Shown here: one piece after another, positions 53,851 through 63,259 of the stretch
How positions within the stretch are numbered: position 1 is the first letter of the stretch
Layout: each line of letters starts with the position of its first letter
Source: Anaerolineae bacterium
GTDB lineage: Bacteria; Chloroflexota; Anaerolineae; Aggregatilineales; Phototrophicaceae
Assembly (NCBI GenBank): GCA_022841825.1
Contig: JALHQT010000006.1
Coordinates: 371,378 to 435,377, forward strand
Reading direction: 5' to 3'
Length of the DNA stretch: 64,000 bases
Notes under the pieces: generated by a model
Told to the model about the DNA's origin: nothing
The model's input: the letters and a program-made list of their open reading frames with translations, nothing else
Databases searched by the model: none
Translations under genes and position numbers: made by a program

Positions 53851-55002
53851 CTACTGCCTGGGTGTGCGCTGATCCCACCCATCTTCGTCAAGGCGGCGGT
53901 GAGGAGCAGCCACGCGGGCTGGAACCAGCAGATCGCGGCGGGAAATCGCGCGTTCGCCGGGGTCGGGTTCCAGCAGCACGTCATCCATCAGCCATTGCAA
54001 TTGCAGCAGCCGCGCCCGCTTATCGAGCTGGTCGCGGTCGGGCAGCGTATCCGCCTGGTCATCACGCTCCGGCGATGGCGCAGCGCCCCCATCGACCGAG
54101 GGCAGCGCGCGCAGCATCTCCTCCAGTGGAGGCATCGGCGTGGTATCCAAGCCGTCCTCGTCCAGCCCATTTGGCGACACGACATTCACCAGCAGCGGCG
54201 TGTAATCGGGTCGATACTCACCATCGACCACCACAATAATCACGCTGACATTGTCTTCACCACCACGCTTATTGGCGAGATCGACCAACCGCTGGCAGGC
54301 AACCTCAGGCTCATCTTCTTCGAGCGCGATATCGCCGATCTCCGTGGGCTTGACATGGCGCGTCAGTCCGTCGGAACACAAGACGATCCGGTCACCAGGG
54401 CGCAGGCGCGTATGGTAAACGTCGATTTCAAGTTCTTCGATCTGTCCCAGCGCCCGATACAACACATGGCGCATCGGGTGCTCATCCGCCTGCTCCTGCG
54501 TCAGATGCCCCGCCATGACAAGCGCATCGACGAAACTGTGATCGGCGGTGACCTGTTGGATGCGCGGAAGGCTGTGATCACTGACAAGGTAGGCGCGGCT
54601 GTCGCCGACATGCGCGATCACGGCATGCGTCGCGCGGATATATGCCAGCGTCACGGTCGTCCCCATGCCGCGAAGCTGCGGGTTATCGGACGACCGCTGG
54701 ACGATGCTGTCATTGCCCTGGTGGATGGCAGCGCGCAAGCGCTGCGCGACCTGTTCGGTCTTCAGCGTGCCATCCGGGTCGTCTGCGGGTAGCCCCGCCA
54801 AACCACTCTTGACCGCTTCGACAGCCAGGCGACTCGCCTCTTCGCCAGCGACCGCTCCACCCATCCCATCTGCCACCACAGCAACGACATAGGTATCATT
54901 GGGGGGTGAGAGGTGGATGCTGTCTTCGTTGTTTTCACGCACCTGCCCCACACTGGTGCATGAACCACTGCGAAGACCGCGCTTTCGCCGAGGCGTTGGC
55001 AT
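53851..55002 (-). CDS. PP2C-family Ser/Thr phosphatase with an acidic C-terminal extension
   Basis: 383 aa. GQVRENNEDS, VADGMGG, LCSDGLT, GGEDNVSVIIV. Confidence 0.88.
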   Translation of the reverse strand: MPTPRRKRGLRSGSCTSVGQVRENNEDSIHLSPPNDTYVVAVVADGMGGAVAGEEASRLAVEAVKSGLAGLPADDPDGTLKTEQVAQRLRAAIHQGNDSIVQRSSDNPQLRGMGTTVTLAYIRATHAVIAHVGDSRAYLVSDHSLPRIQQVTADHSFVDALVMAGHLTQEQADEHPMRHVLYRALGQIEELEIDVYHTRLRPGDRIVLCSDGLTRHVKPTEIGDIALEEDEPEVACQRLVDLANKRGGEDNVSVIIVVVDGEYRPDYTPLLVNVVSPNGLDEDGLDTTPMPPLEEMLRALPSVDGGAAPSPERDDQADTLPDRDQLDKRARLLQLQWLMDDVLLEPDPGERAISRRDLLVPARVAAPHRRLDEDGWDQRTPRQ

Positions 55003-55115
55003 AAAGATGGCTCCAGACCGACACTGTATATGTCTTTATTCTATGCAAGCTGGCGATAGTTGCAAGCATGGCGTGCTCAACGCATCGTAGCAATACCACC
55101 GGATACAGGTCTTGA

Positions 55116-55157
55116 TATATCCCAAGAATCAGCGACAATTTTGGGATATACTAAAAT
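55116..55157. promoter_or_regulatory. 10-bp perfect inverted repeat TATATCCCAA / TTGGGATATA followed by a TAAAAT -10
   Basis: tatatcccaa (55116-55125), a 15-nt spacer, ttgggatata (55141-55150), then taaaat (55152-55157), 14 nt before the ATG at 55171. Confidence 0.4.
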
Positions 55158-55170
55158 ACTGGATAGCAGC

Positions 55171-56295
55171 ATGACCGATCTCGCCGAGCTGTACCGCGTT
55201 GATAACTACATCGACACCTTCGCCCTGGGGCATTATGCCCGCGTGATGGAGGCGGATGATCTACGCACCAGGCAGAGTATCGCGTTTAAGCTGCTGCGCC
55301 CGGAACACATCGCGGGTGACGGGGAAATCCGCTGGGAATTCCGTGCTTTTGCCAACGAAGCCGACCTGCTGCTCAAGCTCGACGCCGATCCACACATCGT
55401 CAAGCTGACCGACTGCGGCTATGTCGATGCCGTCGGCGAATCGCCCACACAGGGCGACGCCGTCTCCTATGGGCGCGATGTGATGAGTTTCATCCGCGAC
55501 ATGACCGGCTATGCGGAAAACGGCTGGCGTCCCTATCTGGGGCTGGAACATTTACCCCGCACGCACAATCTGTTCTATCTCATGCGCCCCGACCGCGCCG
55601 GGATGCGCTCGCGTCTCCCGACCGAGGAAGGCATCGCCCTGGCGCTCCAGTTTTCCGAGACGCTGCGCCGTGCCCACAAGATGGGCATCGTCTATCTCGA
55701 CCACAAGCTTGAGCATGTCTACTGGGATGGATTGGTGCTGCGCATCATCGACTTCAACAGCTCGCGGCAGCTTGAGGGCAGCCTGCGCGAGAACGCCCGT
55801 CACCTCCAGATGGACATCCACAATCTGTGTGTCGGCATCCTCTACTCCATCTTTACCGGGCTTTCGCCGCAGAAGTCGTCGCTGCGCCCACAACCCGGAT
55901 CGGTCAACGACGTAGAAGCGCGCTACCAGGATGTGACGACGCTCGATTTCGGCGTTGAGCCGACCCTCAGCACCGCGCTGCAAGCGCTGCTGCAACGGGG
56001 TGCTGCGATGCAGATCGAGACGATAGAAGAATTCATCGCCGGGCTGCAGCAGGTCGCCACGCTGCACGGCTGGGACTTCCCCAACCATTACACCAACCCC
56101 GCCAGCCGCGACGCCCGGACGCAGCTTCGCGCCGCGCTGTCCCAGCTTCGCCAGGGTGAGGAAGCGATGCGTTCCGCGCGCGACCTGCTGCGCGAGGCGG
56201 CGATTCAGGATGGCATCAGCGAGGATGTCGAGGCGGAGCTGCGCCGCCTGCTCAAAGCCGTCAACGAAATGCTCAACCTTCGCCCGATTCCGTGA
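55171..56295 (+). CDS. Divergent Hanks-type protein-kinase-fold protein (atypical kinase or pseudokinase)
   Basis: Lys in IAFKLL, Glu in NEADLLLKL. The catalytic loop is YLDHKLEHVYW (D and K kept, N replaced by H). DFG is replaced by DFN. There is no Gly-rich loop and no APE motif. Subdomain IX-like DIHNLCVGILYSIFTG. Confidence 0.6.
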   Translation: MTDLAELYRVDNYIDTFALGHYARVMEADDLRTRQSIAFKLLRPEHIAGDGEIRWEFRAFANEADLLLKLDADPHIVKLTDCGYVDAVGESPTQGDAVSYGRDVMSFIRDMTGYAENGWRPYLGLEHLPRTHNLFYLMRPDRAGMRSRLPTEEGIALALQFSETLRRAHKMGIVYLDHKLEHVYWDGLVLRIIDFNSSRQLEGSLRENARHLQMDIHNLCVGILYSIFTGLSPQKSSLRPQPGSVNDVEARYQDVTTLDFGVEPTLSTALQALLQRGAAMQIETIEEFIAGLQQVATLHGWDFPNHYTNPASRDARTQLRAALSQLRQGEEAMRSARDLLREAAIQDGISEDVEAELRRLLKAVNEMLNLRPIP

Positions 56296-56314
56296 CCCAC
56301 GTAATGCCCATGCA

Positions 56315-58855
56315 TCACAGCGTGTCCACCGGGTCGATCTCCAGATGCCAATCGCTCGGCAGGTCTAACCCGCGCAGGACTTCGACCGGATCGGGGCTGC
56401 GGACGAGCAGGTGCCAGCGATAGCGGGTATCCACCCGCGCGAAGAAACAAGGCGCGGGACCGATCAGGTCGGTCGCCGCGAAATCGTGCTGGCGAATGTG
56501 ACGCAGCAGGACACCCGCCGCGCGTTCGGCATCGGCGCGCGCGCGCCCTTCCTGCGCGTGGCTGAAGACCATGCGCGCTAAACGACGGAACGGGGGATAA
56601 CCCAGCTCCCGGCGATAGTTTAGCTCACGCTTGTAGAAGCCTTCGACATCATGCGCCGCCGCCGCCTGAATCACGTAGTGCTCTGGCTCATAAGTCTGCA
56701 CGATCACCCTGCCACCCAGCAAGCCGCGCCCGGCACGCCCCGCCATTTGCGTCAAGAGCTGGAAGCTGCGCTCCGACGCGCGGAAATCGGGCAGGTTGAG
56801 GCTGACATCCGCGCTGATGACGCCGACCAGCGTGACCAGCGGCAGGTCTAAGCCCTTGGCGATCATCTGCGTGCCGACGATGATGTCGGCGTAGTGGTCG
56901 ATGAAGTGCTGCAGGATCGCTTCGTGCGCGCCCGGGGTTGTCGCGCTGTCCGCATCCCAACGCAGCACCCGCGCTGTAGGAAATGCCGCCTTGACCGCCG
57001 CCTCGACCTGCTGCGTCCCTGCTCCAAAGAACTTGATGCGCTTTGAACCGCACGCCGGGCATTCGGTTGGCGCAGTCTGCGTATGACCGCAGTGATGGCA
57101 GCGGAGCACCTGGGACTCGCGGTGATGGGTCAGCGGCGTATCGCAGCGCGGGCAGTTCGCCACGTAGCCGCATTCGCGGCAGAAGACATAAGTCGCCTGC
57201 CCGCGACGGTTCATCAGGAGCAGCGCCTGCTCCCTGCGCGCCAGCACGCCCGCCATTTCGCTGTGCAGCGCTCGGCTGAAGATGCTGGTGTTGCCCGCTT
57301 TCAGTTCCACGCGCATATCGACGACATCGACCACCGGCAGCCCGATGCTCATCGCCTCCGGCGCATCCGCCCGCTCGTAGCGCGCCCGCAATCCCGTCTG
57401 CACCTCCTGTTCGCGGATGCGCATCTGGTGAGCGTGAATGCGGGTCGGCAAGACCAGCCGCTCGATTTCGCCCTGCTCCGCCCGATAGCGCGTTTCGAGC
57501 GAAGGGGTGGCGCTGCCCAACAGGACGACCGCATCGTTCAGGCGCGCCATCTCCTCCGCGACCGCCCGCGCGTGATACTGCGGAGGCTGCTGCTCGCCCC
57601 CCTGCTGGTAGCTGGAGTCGTGTTCTTCGTCGAGGATGATCAGCCCGACATCGCGCAGCGGCGTGAACAACGCCGAACGCGCACCGACGACCACATGCAC
57701 CTCGCCCTGCCGCGCGCGCCGCCAGGTATCAAAGCGCTCCCCTTCGCTCAGTTTGCTGTGGACGACGGCGACTTCGCCGGGGAAGCGCGCCGCGACGCGC
57801 TGCACGGTCTGAGCCGTCAGCGCGATTTCCGGCACCAGATAGATCGCGTCCCGCCCCAGCGCCAGCGTCCTGCCAATGGCGCGCAGATATAGCTCGGTCT
57901 TGCCACTGCCGGTCACGCCCTGGATGAGGAACGCTCTGCCCGGAACACCCGCCTCATGCCCCTGCTCGCGCCGGAGAGCGCGATCGGCGGGAAAACTGCG
58001 CGTGCGAATCGCCTCCTCGATCCTGTCCCACGCCTGCGACTGCTCCGGCGTCAGCGTGGGCGCGTAGCTGGGCACGAATTCGCGCCCCGCCAGCGAATCG
58101 CGGATCACCTCGCGTGCGCCCAGGGCGATCAGCCCGTGCTTTTGCAGCCGCTTCAGGTCTGCCAGTGTCGCGTCCGCCTGCGCGTAGATCACGCCGATAT
58201 CGACCGTGCCGCGCTCGCGCATCAGCAGATGCAGGATGCGGAGCAGCGCATCCGGGTTGCGCACTTTTGCCAGCGCAGTGTCGATCTGGGCGGGCGGGAT
58301 GGCGAGCGCAGCGACCTGCACCTGCCTGGGGCGCGCGCGTGGGGGCAGCAGAAAAGGCACCTTTTCGACCGCGCCCACGCGCGCCAGATCGTCCACTGCC
58401 GCGCGCCAGTTGCGTCCAGGCAGCGCGAGATCAAGCTGCTTGCCCTGCAGGCTGCCGCGCTTTTGCAGGAGCGCGACGATCTCCTGTTCGAGCTTGCCCT
58501 GCGCGGCGGCGGCATCGCGCAGGGTGACGCGCACATCGCGCGCCATCATCATACCCGGCGGGAGAAGCGACCAGACGCACATGCCAATGTGCGTCAGCGA
58601 GGTCGCGCTCATCCAGCGTGCGAGCGCGATCTGCTGTTCGCTCAACACTGGCTCAGGATGCAGCAGCGCGGTCAGCGTTTTGGGATCGGCGATCTCGATG
58701 TGATCGTGCAGCGCCAGGATGATGCCTGCCTGAACCGTCGTCCGGAACGGCGCTTCAACCATCTGTCCTGGCTGAACGCTAGCCGCCAGCGCAGGCGGAA
58801 CCGCATAGGCAAATGCCTTTTGCAGTGGAATATCGAAGACGACGGCAGCGTACAT
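56315..58855 (-). CDS. priA: Primosomal protein N' (replication restart helicase PriA)
   Basis: 846 aa. Walker A GVTGSGKTELYL, DEEHD, Cys-rich zinc module CRECGYVANCPRCDTPLTHH...CHHCGH...CPACGS. Confidence 0.92.
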   Translation of the reverse strand: MYAAVVFDIPLQKAFAYAVPPALAASVQPGQMVEAPFRTTVQAGIILALHDHIEIADPKTLTALLHPEPVLSEQQIALARWMSATSLTHIGMCVWSLLPPGMMMARDVRVTLRDAAAAQGKLEQEIVALLQKRGSLQGKQLDLALPGRNWRAAVDDLARVGAVEKVPFLLPPRARPRQVQVAALAIPPAQIDTALAKVRNPDALLRILHLLMRERGTVDIGVIYAQADATLADLKRLQKHGLIALGAREVIRDSLAGREFVPSYAPTLTPEQSQAWDRIEEAIRTRSFPADRALRREQGHEAGVPGRAFLIQGVTGSGKTELYLRAIGRTLALGRDAIYLVPEIALTAQTVQRVAARFPGEVAVVHSKLSEGERFDTWRRARQGEVHVVVGARSALFTPLRDVGLIILDEEHDSSYQQGGEQQPPQYHARAVAEEMARLNDAVVLLGSATPSLETRYRAEQGEIERLVLPTRIHAHQMRIREQEVQTGLRARYERADAPEAMSIGLPVVDVVDMRVELKAGNTSIFSRALHSEMAGVLARREQALLLMNRRGQATYVFCRECGYVANCPRCDTPLTHHRESQVLRCHHCGHTQTAPTECPACGSKRIKFFGAGTQQVEAAVKAAFPTARVLRWDADSATTPGAHEAILQHFIDHYADIIVGTQMIAKGLDLPLVTLVGVISADVSLNLPDFRASERSFQLLTQMAGRAGRGLLGGRVIVQTYEPEHYVIQAAAAHDVEGFYKRELNYRRELGYPPFRRLARMVFSHAQEGRARADAERAAGVLLRHIRQHDFAATDLIGPAPCFFARVDTRYRWHLLVRSPDPVEVLRGLDLPSDWHLEIDPVDTL

Positions 58856-58858
58856 CGC

Positions 58859-60154
58859 TCAGGGACAGGTCACGCCCTGGGGCAGCCGAGACTCTGCCCA
58901 GCGGCGGTCGAACTCGGCGATGTATTCGGCGGCAAGGTCGCGGTCGGTGATGATCAACAGATTTTCATCGTTGGATTCGACGGCGTTCTGCGAAATGTTG
59001 AACGAACCTGTGATCACTGTCTGATCGTCGATGATGATGACTTTGTGATGGAGGCGGAACGGGTTGCCATCCTGGCGCGCTTCCATCCCCGCGCAGAATA
59101 TCAGCGGCAGCTCGCTGAAGCGCGTCTCGCTGCCGGTCACTTCGAAGATGCCCTGCACGCGCGCGCCCGCCCGCCAGCGTGCGACCATCGCCTCGGCAAT
59201 CGAGTCAACCGTGAACGAAAAGACCATGAAGCGGATCGAGGTCTGCGCGCGTTCGACCTCCTGAAGGATGTTGGCAAGGACATCGTCTTCAGGGGCGAAG
59301 TATGTTTCAATCGGCACATTATCCTGCCGGATCTCCGGTCGCGGCGTCTGGCTGGGCGAGCTGGGACCGAACAGACGCAGGTCAAACATCTCGTTAAACT
59401 CTGCCTGGAAGTTTTCGACCACCGCCCGCGAGCGCAGGATGAGGATGTTATTGTTATTGCGATAGGTGTCGTTGACGGTGAAGTTCCACGAACCCGTCCA
59501 GACGGTCGTGCTGTCAAAGATGATGAACTTATCATGCATTAGCGCGCGGCGCGCATCGATGACCACGCGGACACGCGCCTCAACCAACTGGCGCAGCGTC
59601 GAATCTTCGTCGTCAAACCCCGCCGCGTCATCCGTGACGACGCGCACGACAACCCCGCGCGCCGCCGCATTGAGCAGCGCCTGGGTCACCGAAGGCAGAT
59701 TGAATTCATAGGCGGCGATGTCGATGGTGCGCTGCGCCGCGTCAACCGCGCGCACCAGCTCAGTATCGACGCCGCCCTGATAGAGCGCCCGGTTGCTGCT
59801 TCCTGTCGGCGCGCTGAAGAGCACCCGCCAGAACCCACGCTCCGCCCCGAACGCCTGCGGCAGTGTGAAGCGCGTCACCCCGCGCCCAGGCAGACTCACA
59901 ACCTGCGTCGGCAGCGGCTGAAAAATGACATCGGTAGCCGCGGGCGTGTTCCCGCTGACGTCGATCCCCAGCGTGCCCGCCAGCAGCCCGGCGATAGCCA
60001 GGATGACCGCCGCGAGGAAAGCGCCGACCACCTGGAGTGTGGACACCCAACCGGGAGTCTTGGGGCGCTGAGAAGTGCTGGTGGATTGGCTATCGCGTTT
60101 TGTCACCGGGTCATGTGCTCCACTGGATGTAGATCTGTATGATCTTAGGGGCAC
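58859..60154 (-). CDS. Membrane-anchored phospholipase D superfamily protein with two HKD motifs
   Basis: 431 aa. N-terminal TM VGAFLAAVILAIAGLLAG. The HKD motifs are MHDKFIIFDSTTVWTGSWNFT and HHKVIIIDDQTVITGSFNIS. It ends 4 nt before priA begins. Confidence 0.85.
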   Translation of the reverse strand: MPLRSYRSTSSGAHDPVTKRDSQSTSTSQRPKTPGWVSTLQVVGAFLAAVILAIAGLLAGTLGIDVSGNTPAATDVIFQPLPTQVVSLPGRGVTRFTLPQAFGAERGFWRVLFSAPTGSSNRALYQGGVDTELVRAVDAAQRTIDIAAYEFNLPSVTQALLNAAARGVVVRVVTDDAAGFDDEDSTLRQLVEARVRVVIDARRALMHDKFIIFDSTTVWTGSWNFTVNDTYRNNNNILILRSRAVVENFQAEFNEMFDLRLFGPSSPSQTPRPEIRQDNVPIETYFAPEDDVLANILQEVERAQTSIRFMVFSFTVDSIAEAMVARWRAGARVQGIFEVTGSETRFSELPLIFCAGMEARQDGNPFRLHHKVIIIDDQTVITGSFNISQNAVESNDENLLIITDRDLAAEYIAEFDRRWAESRLPQGVTCP

Positions 60155-60181
60155 ACGCTGTACCCGTCAACTTCTCGACGA

Positions 60182-63061
60182 TCAGGATTCCTTCCCATCC
60201 CCAGACACAGGTATCTCGAAGCCAAAGGTGCTCCCCACGCCTTCCAGACTGCGGAAGTGGATCTGTCCCTTATGGCGCTCGATGATTTTCTTGACCAGAT
60301 GCAGCCCCAAGCCTGTGCCCTCGATGTGACGGGTCGCCGCAATTTTGGCGCGATAAAAGGGTTGGAACAGCCGCGCCTGCTGTTCCGCCGGAATGCCATA
60401 GCCTGTGTCTTCAACCTCAAAATGGAGCCGGTCACGGTATTGATGAAGCCGAATGCAGACACGCCCGTTTTCCGGTGTGTACTTGATGGCATTGTGAAGC
60501 AGATTCTCAACCGCCTCACGAAGCTGCGCCTCGTCTCCCAGAAGATAGATCGGGGTCTCTTCGACTTCCAGTTGCAGCGTGATGGACTTCTTCGCCGCCT
60601 GCCATTCGTAGCGGTCGGACAATTCCCGCACGAGCAGGGTCATTTCGACAGGACTGGTCACGACATCGTCATGAATGGCTTCGATACGCTGCAAAGACAG
60701 AATTTCGCTGATGATGCGCTGCATGGATTGCGCAGTTTGTTCCATCATCATCAGATAATCCTGCTGGCGTGTCGTCAGCGTTTCACTCATATCGTGCGCG
60801 AGCAGTGTCAGATAGCCTTTGAGCGAGGTCAACGGATTTCTCAGATCGTGCGCAGCAATTCGGATCATATCTGTCTTGAGCTGTTCAAGCCCGCTCACTC
60901 GCTCGTAAAGCTGATTGAGATGCGAATACAGCCGCGCGTTTTCGAGCGCCGCTGCCGCGCGCAGCGTGATCGATTTCACAAATTCGAATGAATCCTCATC
61001 ATGACGGCGTGCGGTGGCATTCTCCAAGACGATGACTCCACTGATTTTCTCGCCATAGATGAGCGGCAGCACCATCCGCAGCCCCTGACCCGGAAGCATG
61101 TTCGAGGTGGCGTCGTGTCCATCCAGCGTGCGCACGCAGGCGCGCCCATCATCGAGCGCACGATCAAGGCAGACTTGAGCACGAACCAGCAGTGAGTCGC
61201 CCGGTATATCTCCCCAGACGCCGTGTACACGCAGCGCATCGCCATCCACCAGCGCCAGACAACCGTGAGTCGCGCCGCTTTCGGCAATCACACTGTCGAG
61301 CACAGTCTGGATGACATGTGCCTCATCCAGGCGCGCAGTCAGATCCGTATCGATCTTTCGCAGTTGGCTTAATCGCCCATTGATGCCAACCAGTGCGTCG
61401 CGCGCGCGCATCTGTTCCGTCACATCAATGCCGATAATGCGCACGCCCGTGACCTTGAACTCCTGTAAGTCCAGCGACGGAATGAAACGAAACTGGAATA
61501 CGGCATCCTGATAATCGAGGATGAAGTCGACCGTCTCGCCGACATATGCCGTTTGCAGACGGTGGACGAACTTACTGTCAGGGCTGGTCAGGCTGGTCAG
61601 ATACTGCATAAGATCTCTTCCGACCAGGTCCTGAGGTGCCAATCCCAGACGGCGAATGCCTTCACCCTCCGCGAGCGTCACCTGTGCATTCGCGTCCAAC
61701 TCCACCAGGATGACGGGCGCAATGTTGAGCAGTGTGCGCATCCGCGAATCGCTCTCGCGCAGGGCAGCTTCAGCATTCTTCATCCGTGTGATGTCCACCA
61801 CAGTGGCTACGATTTGGCGAACTGATCCATCATTATCGCGCTTAAAGACCGAGTGGCGGTGAAACAACCATCGGTATTCACCATTTCGGTGCCTCACGCG
61901 GTTTTCCAGGTCGAGCAGCTTGTTGTCCTCAAGCTGCGCGAGCTGCGCGAGGTGTTGGGGCAAATGTGCGTAGTCGTCCGGATGGATCAATGTCGCTGCA
62001 ACCTGGTCGTCCATCACCAACAGATCATCGGGGGTATAGCCGAGAACCTCATGCAGCGCGATACTGCTGTAGATGTTTCGCTGTTCCCGAAGATCGTAGA
62101 TAAAGATCATCGCGGCGCTGGTTGCGATAACCTTCTGAACGAATTCCTCGCGGTCGCGCAGTGCCTGTTCCGCCATCTTGCGTGCGGTGATGTCGCGGCT
62201 GATGCCGACCAACCCACGCACCGTGCCGTCCGCACCCACCAACGGCACTTTGCTCGTCAGCACCCATTTTCTGTCGCCATTTGGATCGAGCGTAAGTCGT
62301 TCGATATTGATCAGAGGCTCACCGGACTGCACTACCGACAGGTCGTCAGAGTTGAATTGTTCCGCAAGTTCCGCCGGGAACGTCTCCGATGCCGTCTTCC
62401 CGATCAGCAGGTCTGGGTCGGCGATGCCCGCCGCCTGAGCATGAGCGCGATTGCTGATGATGAATCGCCCGGCGCAGTCCTTGACGAAGATGTAGTCGGG
62501 CGATGTATCGATCAGAGTACGCAGAACTTCATGCTTATCGGCGAGCGCAGTCCTGACCTGTTCCAGTTCGAAGATTTTGGTCGTGAGTTCGACTTCTGTG
62601 ACGACAAGCTGGGCAAAATCGTTCATGATAACGTTTTCATCTTCGTCCCAGCGCCGCTCCTGGGTATCCAGCGCGCACAGGACCCCTAGGCGCTGCCCTT
62701 GCGAAGAGACCAGCGGAACGACGGACTGTCCGGCAGCATTCAAGCGGGAGGCGATTTTCAGATGAACCTGGCTTGATGGATCGCGAAGTTCCATCACCAT
62801 TGACGATGCCTGCTCCGCATTACGGTCAGATCGATTGGGCAGGATGATTTCTGCCAGTGCGAGGCGTGATATGCCAAACGTGCTGAGGGCGATCTGCCCG
62901 TGCAGGTCAACCATCAGCACATAGACCATCGGCACACGAAGGGTCTTGCCAACCAGTCGCGTCAATCGATCCAGATCAGGATTTGCTGACGGCGGAGGCG
63001 AGTACAGACCCGTCACTTCCGGTGATATCGGAGCCAACGGGGATGGAATAGTTGCAGGCAT
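60182..63061 (-). CDS. Multi-sensor histidine kinase (GAF - 3x PAS - GAF - HisKA - HATPase_c)
   Basis: 959 aa. H box IAAHDLRNPLTSL, N box LHNAIKYT, G boxes EDTGYGIP and GTGLGLHLV. Confidence 0.9.
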   Translation of the reverse strand: MPATIPSPLAPISPEVTGLYSPPPSANPDLDRLTRLVGKTLRVPMVYVLMVDLHGQIALSTFGISRLALAEIILPNRSDRNAEQASSMVMELRDPSSQVHLKIASRLNAAGQSVVPLVSSQGQRLGVLCALDTQERRWDEDENVIMNDFAQLVVTEVELTTKIFELEQVRTALADKHEVLRTLIDTSPDYIFVKDCAGRFIISNRAHAQAAGIADPDLLIGKTASETFPAELAEQFNSDDLSVVQSGEPLINIERLTLDPNGDRKWVLTSKVPLVGADGTVRGLVGISRDITARKMAEQALRDREEFVQKVIATSAAMIFIYDLREQRNIYSSIALHEVLGYTPDDLLVMDDQVAATLIHPDDYAHLPQHLAQLAQLEDNKLLDLENRVRHRNGEYRWLFHRHSVFKRDNDGSVRQIVATVVDITRMKNAEAALRESDSRMRTLLNIAPVILVELDANAQVTLAEGEGIRRLGLAPQDLVGRDLMQYLTSLTSPDSKFVHRLQTAYVGETVDFILDYQDAVFQFRFIPSLDLQEFKVTGVRIIGIDVTEQMRARDALVGINGRLSQLRKIDTDLTARLDEAHVIQTVLDSVIAESGATHGCLALVDGDALRVHGVWGDIPGDSLLVRAQVCLDRALDDGRACVRTLDGHDATSNMLPGQGLRMVLPLIYGEKISGVIVLENATARRHDEDSFEFVKSITLRAAAALENARLYSHLNQLYERVSGLEQLKTDMIRIAAHDLRNPLTSLKGYLTLLAHDMSETLTTRQQDYLMMMEQTAQSMQRIISEILSLQRIEAIHDDVVTSPVEMTLLVRELSDRYEWQAAKKSITLQLEVEETPIYLLGDEAQLREAVENLLHNAIKYTPENGRVCIRLHQYRDRLHFEVEDTGYGIPAEQQARLFQPFYRAKIAATRHIEGTGLGLHLVKKIIERHKGQIHFRSLEGVGSTFGFEIPVSGDGKES

Positions 63062-63259
63062 GTCGCCATCCTACATCGAACGTGTGAGCAATGTTATCAT
63101 CAACCAGGGCTATGAAACGCAGTATACCACAAGGACTGTAATATAAAATTGAATATTTCAAAATGGGCGAGCGCCAAGTCGTTTACGCCGAAAATCCCAA
63201 AAAGATGATAGTCTCAAACAAAACCGAGTGCGCAGCAGACGGCGCTGTGAAAGAAGGTT

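Noticed and set aside
57083-59542. Plus-strand ORFs of 269 and 528 aa opposite priA and the PLD gene
   Set aside because: They have no motifs and are extremely Arg/Ala/His/Gln-rich. The minus strand encodes proteins with complete PriA and HKD signatures.
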